DNA of 64,000 nt. Origin: Lytechinus pictus (Eukaryota). The notes beneath the pieces are model-generated. The model was not told the origin of the DNA and ran no database searches. It worked only from the letters and a program-made list of their open reading frames with translations. The position numbers and the translations under genes were made by a program. Of this stretch, positions 1 to 12,200 are shown piece after piece (position 1 is the first letter of the stretch; each line of letters begins with the position of its first letter). The stretch covers positions 23,314,001 through 23,378,000 of the forward strand of contig NC_087245.1 in assembly GCF_037042905.1 (NCBI RefSeq). Direction: 5' to 3'.

Positions 1-830
1 CTTATCATGTGTAATGACACAGAGGATGACCTGATGAATATATTTTTATATAATGTACATACTGTGATATTAATTTTCAGTGTTCTGATTATGAATTATG
101 CTGATATCACTATTCAAATAGTTGAAAAGGTGATAATTCTCCCCCGAAACCGAAAAAAAAAATCCAAATAATTTAACTCCCAGGTCATTGCCATTAAGAT
201 TGACCTATTGATACCATTCTTTAATACTTCAGTAAGAGAAATTGTGTGTGTGTTTTCATTTCCAAACAAAGAAAAAATACAATACATTCATTTAGTTATA
301 TATATCCATCTACATCACAATTTTATTGCATTTTTATCCAATTACTGTACAAATAAAACAATACTTCTAGTGGTGAATATATATAACACATAAATATTGA
401 GGTATAAAGCTATGTCACAAGTAATATACACAACCCATAAGTATGTACAATTTCATAATGGTGTGGTATATAAAAGTGCAAAACTGGAGTACATACATTT
501 ACAATATTAAAACATTGAAGCATATATCAGTAACAATTTACTTTGAAAAATGCAAATGTTCACTGAAATTTCCATTTTATTTTTTTTTTGGAATAAGAGA
601 GATACAGATTCTTATGAGGGAGTCAAGAGAATATGATTTAATATCTTTCATCATATTATTTTCCATACAGATAGGAGGTGATCTGTTTCTCATGGAGACA
701 ACTGTGCATCAGAGATTAGGAGCATGTTCTTCTTGCATCAAGTCTTCCGACTCCAGCCCCTCATCCACAAACAAGGTTATAGTCCTTTGTAAAAAGGAAT
801 TCCTTTAATTTTTGCTATCAGTAGTGTTAA

Positions 831-1300
831 AGGGATGATCCGGGCTGAAAAGATTTCTAAATAAATAGAGTAAAATTCACAGAGCAAAATGCTGAAAATT
901 TCATCAAAATCGGATAATATTTATTAGGTGGGCTGATGATGACACATCTCCACTTTCCCTTTATTACATGAAATTATACATGTGTAAATGATGTGTCTCC
1001 ATTATTATGAAATAAGTTGCGGCAATAAATAACTAATGCACTTATCAGTTGTCAATCCAATTGTTTTAGTTTTTTGAATAAACCTAATTTCCTACAATAA
1101 AGAACAAGTGGGGATATGACATCATCAGCCCACCTAATAAATATTCATAAGAACATGCCTAGAACTGTTTCACCGGAATAATGCAAATCTTTAAAAGTCT
1201 ATAACTTTGTTATTTGTTATCCGATTTTGATCAAATTTTCAGCATTTTGCTTTTACTCTTATTTATTGAGATATAGACATTTCCAGCCTGGACCATCCCT
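831..1300. mobile_element. Non-autonomous DNA transposon (Kolobok-like MITE)
   Basis: TTAA on both flanks (827-830, 1301-1304); TIRs AGGGATGATCCGGGCTG / CAGCCTGGACCATCCCT; internal inverted repeat ATTAGGTGGGCTGATGATG. Confidence 0.8.
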
Positions 1301-3182
1301 TTAAGGAGGGCATATTGTTCCTACTCAATTGTTTAAAGGAAATGGACAGGACGGAAGTGTGGCATGATTCGTAGGACTCTGCCTAGATGAGCAAAGAGTA
1401 ACATCATCTTACTCTCTATTTTTGTTGTTCAATTATGAGCTATGCAATTTTTTAAATAATTAGGTACAGTTAGTATTTACACTATCTAATGAATAATAAG
1501 ACATTTAATGGCATATAAAAGGAGGGGGTTGCATAAGAGAACATTTTCACAATTGTAATTAATCTTGTGAACTGTAAAAGTCGGAAGTGCCACAACCCCA
1601 GCATCAGTTCACAGAATATGGTACAAGCATTAGGATATGTTGTTTAACTCGATATACTGAAATACTCTTTAAAAGCGATTATCAACATCCAGAAATATAT
1701 ATACAAATATTACATGGAACAGCAGTTGATTCCAGATTATCTTTAGACAAAAAAAATTAATTTCTACAGAAATATTGTTTAAAAATATTCGGAAATAAAT
1801 TTCGTATGGAAAGGAGAATCGTGGTATTGTAAAAATCATTTTAATGCAGCTGCATAAATTAAAGAGGAAATACTTCAGTAAACTGATAACTAAGGGTATT
1901 GCTAGCCCATTTTGGGGTCAACAAGTCTATGCTCTACAAGTACTAACTAACAACAAATGAATAGGTCTGTTTGAAATGGGAAGGATGCATATAAATAATT
2001 TTATTCTGTGTTTAAAGAGGTAGTTCACCTAGTTGGTTTCATATAAATGAAGGTTCTAAAAGTATTTTATTTTGTGACGTTACATGTACGTCATGTGATA
2101 TAAACTCCATAGATGGCCTATTGTGTAAATCTAGGAAAGTTAAAATTTGTATACATGCTTGTCTGAATTAAGAATACAATCCTCTCAAAATTGATATTAC
2201 ATGACATGGGAGAACTGACTGATGTCCAAAAATATAAACAAAGTCTTTTTTTTTAAATAAATTTCCACAAGAAAAGCTTCCAGTAAACCAAACTTCAAAT
2301 CAGGGTGAACTTAAATTCCTTCTCATTGCAAACAGATTGTGTTCTACCTACCTTGGATTCTCTTTGATATAAAGCAGGTGTATCAAATTAATGCTGGTCA
2401 GCAAAAAGAATAAGCACTCTTGAAAAAACTACCTCACCTACATTCTTCTCTTTCTCCATCTATGTATATAATAATGGGAGGGGGGTATTTGCATTCAACT
2501 ATGGCAAATCCTTGTTTTTGACTAATTTGCCATATTTCATTTTCATATCCCATGAAAGAAAAAAATCTCTTTCTTGCCAGAATTTAAATCACACCAGTCC
2601 TGACTCCATCTTTTGCTAGGTCTACTTAAATGGAAGTCATCCCCATGCCAAAGGCAACGCAAGGCACATAGGAGTCAATATGAACATTTCTTAACAAAGA
2701 CATAATCTTAAGCAAGTGACTGAGTTTTGTACTTATTTCCATCCTCAGTTGCTTTCCTAGAAAATCATTTGTCCTTTAATAGAAGCCATGATTCGAAATC
2801 TGCCCAATCTCTTTAGAGACTCCTAAATATGACAATGCTGATTTATGTCCAATTGTAACATCCTGTTCTCAAAGATATGTTTCAAGTTTTTAGTGCAATA
2901 TGTGATTAACAGAATGTATATATAAAATTCATTGATTTCAGTCTGTTTCATTTTGAATTTTATATTGTTTACTAGAGCTGTTTGTTTTTGAAATATTCTA
3001 TTTCTGAGGTGGTGGTAAAACCAGAAAGATAATTTAATAGTTGTTTAATAATGGTAGTTAATTAAACTTGGCAGTACTTTCAGCATCAGTTTTGGCCTTG
3101 TTTCACTGGCTCCTTTTCAGTGGATTTGAGGGCATGAAGTGATGAAGAATGTGAAGAACGTCCATCGTGGTGGTCTATGTGA

Positions 3183-3285
3183 TCACGGCGTCTGTAAGTT
3201 TCTTCTCTTTCTTCTCACTACCTTGCATCCACCCGTATCAATCTGACATCTGTTTGTACATCGCAGAGAGCCAATCGTGTCGTAT
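3183..3285 (-). CDS. ColQ-like terminal coding exon
   Basis: (K)[36 protein letters not shown] acceptor, TGA at 3183-3185. Confidence 0.9.
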
Positions 3286-6200
3286 CTGGAGTATGTGGTG
3301 AAGAAAGAGATTAGGATGGATAGATTGATATCATTTGACAGAGGGAAAGATTGGGGAAATTGAGATGAATGCAGTCAGGAAAAATGAGGAAGAGACATGG
3401 AGATTGGTTAACCCTAAATAGACTGGGCTAGTTCACAGACTCTTTATAGGGATCTGATTAAATGTACTTTATGAACATTTCAACATCACATTCATTTTCT
3501 CATAAGAACTGTTTTCTGTATTTATTTAATATTCAACTTTTTTTTTTCAATGGTAATTAATTCATTTTAATTCAAAGGAAAAATAGGGATACATTTATGA
3601 ATTTTGCCTCAAAACACTAATTGAATTAAAATTGTACACAAAGTCACCTTTTTGAGCCATTTTGGGTCTGTATGCACTTACAAAATATTGCGTAATTTCG
3701 GAACTGCGTACCTTGGGATCGCAATTTTGGTCTTTAAAAAAAGTCGAGCGACGTGGTCAAAATTTTTCATGTGGCAGATATATGGCGAAGGGGAGGCTGA
3801 ATCAGCCCCCCCCCCCCCCCGGTCTTCTTAGGGTTAAGAGACAGAGAGAGAAAAAAAAGAAAGAGATAGGAAAAAGTCACCTTGATATTGGCAAATTAAT
3901 AATGCTCAGTGTCGAACAGTTAACACTGACAAACCAATCAGGCGTGGATCCAACTGGATTTATAGACACAATACAATTTCAGGGGCCAAACTGTTTATGC
4001 AAATTAGTCGGCCTCTCAAAATTATTGTATCTAATTTGAATGGATCCGCGCCTGAACCCAGTTATCACACTTCCAATCAGTTCTCTAAGCAAAAGAGACT
4101 TGACTTGGTTAAAAAATTATTGGTACATCATGATTCTAAATGATTGTAAATGTATATATTAGTTTAAGATGTTAACCCTATAGCCATAAGAATGTAATCA
4201 AACTTACTTTGGGAAGAAGTATTGACATGTTTTTCCATCAAAGTCGGTTCCATCACACGCTTCAACACCGCGTTGACGATAGCCATCACCACAGTAGGAT
4301 CGTCTACAATCTAAGCAATCAAAGATATGAGGAGAGTATGAGAGCATGGGAGGAGGAGGTGGGAAGCAGAGAGAGAGATTGGGGAAGGGTAGGTAGGACA
4401 GATATACTTAAAAACTTTTAGAATGGAAAACAGAGGGATTACTAATAATGGACATGGTAATTCTTGAAGCAATGCAGCTTTGCCGAAGTCAGGTCCACCT
4501 CTTTTCGGCAGGAATCCCACACACATCTGTTCATCTTAGACAAGACAATTGGGTTGCAGGAAAAACTGCATAATACCTTTATAGCAGGATTCCTGCAAAA
4601 TGCTTTTGTTGCGTCATGTTTTTTCTTATTTTCGTCAGATAAATTTTGAGGATTACCTATGAAAAGATACTTGTCTGGTTCCAGTGGGCAAGACATATCT
4701 CTGACTTTTGATATCAAGGTGGATGAAACATGTACATCGTATTATCTGGGAAGGGTTTCAGTTTAGAATATAGTATAAGGGGTTGTTCCTTACCAATGCA
4801 GCCATCGTGGATGTCTTCATTCCCGTCATCACATTGTTCACCCGGTTCCATGATTCCGTTGCCGCATTCAACCTCCTGTAACAGATACATAATCGTGAAA
4901 TCGGCCAATATGATTAACTGAATGCCTTTCATACACTTCAAAATCAATAAGCCTGTTCACGGTTGTAAACTGCGCACGAGCAGAAAACGGTCGTTTGAGA
5001 TAAACCATGAAGATGGCTTTCAAATTCACTGACATAGGCATTTGTGATTTGATGATTATTCATGTATTCCTTTCAAAATATTCATTTTATCACATCCAAG
5101 CTGCAGAGTAATAAATAGAGCCTTCATAATCACTGGCAGAGGCGTCGATCCTGGGGGGGGGGGGGGCGATCGCCCCACCAATGAAAATATTGGGGGGGCA
5201 AACATCGTTTTGCCCCCCCCAATAATTCCGGATGTGCAAAAATAAAATTAAGATTGTAATGTTCAGCAAGCGAGATTGAGATACACAACTCGTTTTCTAT
5301 TTCAAATCGTGCTCAAAATGTCCGCTTTTCAGATTGGAATACAAAAGTTTTCATTTCGGTAACAAAAACTCATACTTTTCATGATTAAATAGGTGAATAG
5401 AATGTCCCGTTTTCAGTTCTAACCCTCAAAATAACTCCCGCTTCGATTTGCAATAATCTTTTGTTGGATATATTTTGTTCTTTATAAAAAAAAAACGTCC
5501 ATTAAACTGTCATTTTTTTCAGATCGAAATATCAAAATTTTCAGCTCGCGCTTCGCGCTAGCATCTCTTTGAGCTTTTAGAGAGAGATTTGTTCGTTTAG
5601 ATACCAATCTTAATCATTGGTACCAAAAATGCTTAGAATATCAAGCTTTCAGGTCAGAATATAAAGAAATTTCAGCTTGCTCTCGGCACTCGCATTATCT
5701 GTGTAGTGAGATATGTATCCTCCTCATGAGTTACTATACTGTACAAACAGTCCTAAACAGGTACGCTTTTCCTGTTTTAAGGTCAGTATACTAAAAAATT
5801 TCAGCTCGCGCTTTGCGCTCGCATTAATTTGTTGGTGAGATACCGTACATGTCTGTATCTCAAGAGTCATATATACATATATATAATATGCCTGTGTGTG
5901 GGGGGGGGGGGTGTTTTGTACGATCGAGTGCCTTTGGAACGTTGATTCATGATTTTGCCCCCCCAATCTGAAAAATGGATCGACGCCCCTGATCACTGGT
6001 ATTTGACAGAAGCCTAAACAATAGTTAAATGTGCCAAAGGCAGACAATAAAACAGATTTCCAAACTTTATCCCTGATGTATTCTAGTCACCTGGTCTATA
6101 CAATGCCTTTTGTTCTTAGAATTTGAATACTCTACCGGTAAAGCTTGCGCAACATCTACATTTGAAAATGATAGTGCTTCTCCTAATGAAAAATCACAAA

Positions 6201-9200
6201 GGTCATTTGAGAAAAGTTGATCATGAGCTAACCGTGAACTGGCTTATTGAAAGTCTACTTTAGTGTGGATTTTTGTTGTTGTTGCTAAGGTGAGTATCTG
6301 GTGTTAGGCCTACAACAATATTAAGGGAAATTCAGTTCCACTTCTTCACCCTATAGATTTATCATCAAAGTTAGGACTGGAAGCCCCAAAGGTTAGTCTT
6401 CAAAACCTATATGGGTAAAACCCCAGATGAGAAGTTACCTATAGATTTATCACCAAAGTTAGGACTGGAAGCCCCAAAGGTTAGTCTTAAAAACCTGTAT
6501 GGGTAAACCCCCAGATGAGAAGTTAATCTCTTGGGTTGAGCAGATTGGCAAATTCAGTGATGACCACAATTTATCATGATCTATCTTCTCAGGGTTTGAT
6601 TACAACATCAGGACTGTTCAATTATTGCTCAATAGCACCAACCTGTCCCGGGATCAAGATATCAGTGTCAGAGCCAGAGTCGCCCTTTTCACCCTTCTCT
6701 CCTCTGGGTCCTTGGGGCCCTGGCATCCCCTGACGGCCTGGAGGTCCACGCATTGTCTTTACTTCCTGCAGAAGATCGGAGGATGCCATCAGACAGTTCC
6801 AGTTGGTGTTATCCCGGAAGTAGAGCTTCCTGTCGTCCAGGCGGTAGGCGAGGGCCGCTTCTTCGCTGATGCTGTTCATTGCGTTCTCATCAGGCACAAT
6901 CAAGATGCGCTGAAATGGACAAAAGTGATGATCATCCTTAATGTCATTGACTTCATTACCATACTTTTCATTATATTCACTATTATCATCCTTATAATAT
7001 TGGTATTCACCATCATAACAATGGTCTCATCTCACTTAAGCCATATTACTATACCAGAATTAGCTGAACTTTCATTGTCATTACAATCTTGCAAATTAAG
7101 TCATCAAGCCAGTGTAATATTTTTTATTACTAATACCTCAGTCACATTGGCTCTACAGTGGCCATACAGAGTCGAAAACAGCCGTTTTATTCATTTTTGT
7201 TCAAACCACCTATATGTAGCTGATACAATGTGAAAACAGCTGTTTTCTACTCGCCGTACGGCCGCCGTAGAGCGAATGTGCCTGAGGTATAAGCAATAAA
7301 TTGAAATGGCAATAATTACCCCCTGAGTAACAAAATCTCCCTGGTCTCCTTTTGGACCGGGTGGTCCAGGGGGTCCAGTCAAGCCACGCTTTCCGACACT
7401 TCCTTGTATTCCTGGTGGGCCGCGGGGACCTACGGTACCAGGTTCGCCATTCTGACCTTAAATAGAAAGAAAAGCAATAGAATGTAACGAAAACATCAAG
7501 TTGTTTACAAACGTGTACAATGTATATTTTGAAAACATATAATCTCCATCATTAAAAATATCCATAGCTTTTTTAGTCCCAGAATAGATTGATGAGTTTG
7601 AGAGGTAGAAGTAGAAGAGTCAAAATTTCAAAAAATGCCAAAGGCACCATTTTATAAATTTCTTTGAAAGTGTTACACAGGGGAAACTGACCGGTGCTTC
7701 TCACTAATCAAAACCATGGATTTCACTGAACGACTAGTCAGAGCTGACAATTTAATCAGTGCTGACAACTTTCAGAAAACGCCACCTAGGTTCCAAAAGC
7801 AAAGTCACATAATAATGTTTTCTTTGGTCAAACTTTTACATTACTAACATCTAACATAAAATCTGTATTAGATTATTATGTCCATTATTGTTTGGTTGAT
7901 CATTTATAGAATACACAATGTATATTTTTCTTTGCTGTAAAGTCGATTACAGAAACCCTCATTATTAAAATTGACTCTCATTTCTCACCTATTCCTGGCG
8001 GACCCCGAGGTCCCTGTGGTCCCTGAATACCCATCATTCCCTTCGGTCCCTGTGGCCCTGGCTCACCATCGGATCCAGTACGTCCCTGGTGTAACCAAAC
8101 ATATAAAAGGAAACTTAATGGCAAGAGCATGTTTTAAATTACAGTGTACAAGGAGTTTAAAAGCTAGCTTTATTGTTGAAGTACTCACCAAAATTCATGA
8201 GATTATTACATTGATATTTCATGCACATGTAAGGAGCAGAAAATAAATCAAATAGCCCAGGTCTTGACTGGCTTGTTTGTTGGGTTCTTCAACTGTTAAG
8301 TGCATGTTTTTAACAATAACGATGACATTGGTCTGGAGGTAAGAGTGAAGTGTACACTTATAAATCATCTGCATAACAGTGATAGTTAAGAAATGACATC
8401 TTAAATTCCGTCAAGACCACCCAAGTGGTCATTGTGGTACACCAGAAACGAATTCAACATGATTTCTTTTCAAAATTAATATAGGCAGCTTTAGCCTTTC
8501 AGATGGATATTATTTTAACCACTCCATAACTGTAACATCAACACAAAGGGCTCTCAGATTGTTTAACATAATTGTATGATTGACAGTATCAAAATAAATG
8601 CTGAGGATAAATCGAAAACATTAATTCTCCCATCATCCATGTCTCTCAAGGTGTCATTTGATAGGTTAACAAGTAAAGGCTGAACACAATGACACAGGTG
8701 AAATGTTAGATAGGGAGAGGGGTAGTTGCTTACCCTTCTGCCTGGACTTCCTATTGCTCCTTTTGGTCCTCTTGGTCCTTGCATTCCGACCACACCTGGT
8801 AATCCTATTGGACCCTGTGGAAAATAGAGAAAAAATAGTTTATTACTGTTCTACTTCACTTATCTTCCATGTAGTACTATACTGAAACAAACAGAATGCT
8901 CATTTCCTCCTCCCTCTTCTACTCCTTCTCCTCCCTCCCTCCTCTTCTTCTTCTACCTTCTTTCATGTACTCATCCTTTCTTTTCTTTTTCTAATTTCCC
9001 ACACTCTTTCTGCTACTGTGTCAAAGATGGCATTTTGAGAATACTTTTTTGTTTCTCCCTCATATTCCAAATATACACTTAATTAAAACCAGTGTATCAA
9101 TTTTTGACCACATAGTAGTTAAAGGTCAAGTCCACCCCAGAAAATGTTGATTTGAATCGTTGGAAAAAATATGGATGTAACATAAGAAAGTTATATTTAT

Positions 9201-12200
9201 TTAAAAGTTTCGCTTATTTTTCACACAACAGTTAATTATATGCACAACTCGGTGATATGCAAATGATAAAGTACATGTAGGTGATGTCCCTCACTCACGA
9301 TTTCTTTTTTTTTATTGTTTGAATTAAAGCATATTTCAATTTTTACAGATTTGACAATTAGGACCAACCTGACTGCCATTTAAAAGCAATGGTAATTCCA
9401 CATTTTCAGGGAGGATTAAAACTTTTCTTACATGACAATGAGAAAATATGATTATTTCATATTTCATATACTGGTAATAAAATACTGGTAATAGTGAATG
9501 AGTGATGTCATCAGTCCCCTCATTTGCATACATAGCATTAGGTGGGGGATTCAAAACTTTAACACAGAATTTTGAAACTCATTCAATATGCTTATTTATG
9601 CGCAATTTTCAAAATTCACAAAAAATGCTTCTTTTTTTGTTGACCAATTTTGAATTTTTTGCTTCCATCTAGTAAAGCTTTGAGGTTCACCAAACTTCTA
9701 CATAGAATTTTGAAATTTTTACTAAAACAATTTTTATGCTAATTTATGCATAATATTTATAAAAAAATCACATAAAATTCTTCTTTTGTTGACCGATTTG
9801 GATTTTTTTTCTTTCATCTGGTAGAGCTTCATTAGGTTCACCAAACTTCTACACAGAATTTTGAAATTTGGATTAGAAAATTATTTATGCTAATTTATGC
9901 GAAATTCATAAATCACAGAAAATGCCTCTTCTTTATTTATTGACTGAATTTCAAAATGCTTCTTCGTCATTTCAAGTCTGATTTCGATTATGTTTGCTTT
10001 ATATGGTAGCATTAGGTGGGGGATTCAAAACTTCTACATGAAATTTTCAGTAGAAAATATTTGCTAATTTATGCAAAATTTATTCATAAATCACAGAAAA
10101 TGCCTCTTCTTCTTTATTTGTTGACCAATTTTGATTTTTTTTCTTCCATCTTGTAGAACTTCATGAGGTTCACCAAACTTCTACAAAGAGTTTTGAAATT
10201 TTCAGTAGAAATTTTTTAAATGCTAATTATGCAAAATTTATTCATAAATCACAGAAAATGCCTCTTATTTGTTGACCGATTTGGATTTTTTTCCATCTGG
10301 TAGAGCTGCATGAGGTTCACCAAACTTCTACACAGAATTTTGAAATTTGGATTAGAAAATTATTTATGCTAATTTATGCGAAATTCATAAATCACAGAAA
10401 ATGCCTCTTCTTTATTTATTGACTGAATTTCAAAATGCTTCTTCGTCATTTCAAGTCTGATTTCGATTATGTTTGCTTTATATGGTAGCATTAGGTGGGG
10501 ATTCAAAACTTCTACATGAAATTTTCAGTAGAAAATATTTGCTAATTTATGCAAAATTTATTCATAAATCACAGAAAATGCCTCTTCTTCTTTATTTGTT
10601 GACCAATTTTGATTTTTTTTTTCCATCTTGTAGAACTTCATGAGGTTCACCAAACTTCTACAAAGAGTTTTGAAATTTTCAGTAGAAATTTTTTAAATGC
10701 TAATTATGCAAAATTTATTCATAAATCACAGAAAATGCCTCTTATTTATGACCGATTTTGATTTTTTTTCCATCTGGTAGAGCTGCATGAGGTTCACCAA
10801 AGTTGTACACAAAAATTTGAAATTTTGTCTAGAAAATTATTTATGCTAATATATGCAAAATTTACAAATAAATCACAATAAAATGTTTTTCTCCTTTATT
10901 AGTTGATCAATTTCAATTTTGTTTGCTTTATATGATATCTAGGTGGTGATACAAAATTTCAACACAGAATTTTGAAGTTTGAAGTTGTTCATATATTTTC
11001 AATACTCACAAAAAATACTTATTTATTTGTTGATTGATTTTGATTATTTTTGTTCCATCTGAGAGCTGCATGAGGTTCACCAAGGTTCTACACAGAGTTT
11101 AGAAATTTTGACTCGAAAATTATTTATGCTTAATTTATATGAAATTTATTGAATAATTTTTTTTTCATAGATCACAAAAAATGCTTCTATGTCATTTCTT
11201 CATCAATTTCAATTCTATATCCTCAATTTATGTCACCAATATAATTCACTTACAGTGTCAACTGGGCTGAAATTAAAATTGTGTTAAATTTCGTTGTGAG
11301 ATGCCGGATGAGCTCCACATCATTGATGTGCTAGTTATACAATTTTCAGCGTTAGGCTTGTTGAAGTTTTCTCTTTTTATTCAAATCAACTCTTTTCTTG
11401 GTGTGGAATTTTCCTTCAATTATTCACCTTACACCTTGCCCCCAAATAGTAAAAAAATTACTTAAAAAGTCAGGATAAAGTGCATACTTGTTATACTACT
11501 TTTTAATGCTGCATGTACTCTACCTTATAATAATTAGTATATAATGAAGGACACTAGTACTAACCTCTGGTCCTTGTGGTCCCTGTGCACCGGGCATGCC
11601 GTCTGTCCCATCTAGTCCTCGTTCCCCTGGTTCACCCTATCATTTGATCAAAAAAAAAAATGAGTTACTTGAAACGAGTTCATTACCGCTGCCTTTATTG
11701 AAATTGAAGAAAAGCACTGACATTTAATTCAGTAAGTTCAGAGAAAAACACGACTTGCATGGAAGTCGACCAGCAACAATTGTTGATGGAAATGGACTAC
11801 CACTATCATATTTTCCTCTTTATAACTTCATTTTACAAATGAGCAATCTTAATGTTATACGTTACTGTTATAAGTTTCTTTTATCAAGTGAAAACGTAAA
11901 CAAATTATTTTGATGTATGTGAGATCGTGCATGGCTTCATTTTCCGAACAAGATTGAAACACCAAAATCGACAAAGCAGTTGCAAAGGTATTAAATACCA
12001 TGTAACTTCAATGTATGAAGAGACTGATTATTTGATTTACATTATCATCTCATTCTTCAATTTCATTGCACCTTCAAATTCATTGCACTTTTGGTTTTGG
12101 ATTTCGAAAATTTGATAGTGACCTCCAATAATCATGATTAATTTTATTGAATTTCCTGTTAAGAAGGTGAAGAGAGACATATATTCAAGTAAATCATGAC

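Noticed and set aside
6625..7233. 202-aa plus-strand ORF
   Set aside because: Antisense shadow of ColQ-like exon 11 plus low-complexity intron and MITE sequence.
9530..11100. CRISPR-like array
   Set aside because: Eukaryotic intron. Whole units are diverged tandem copies with no unique spacers and no cas genes.
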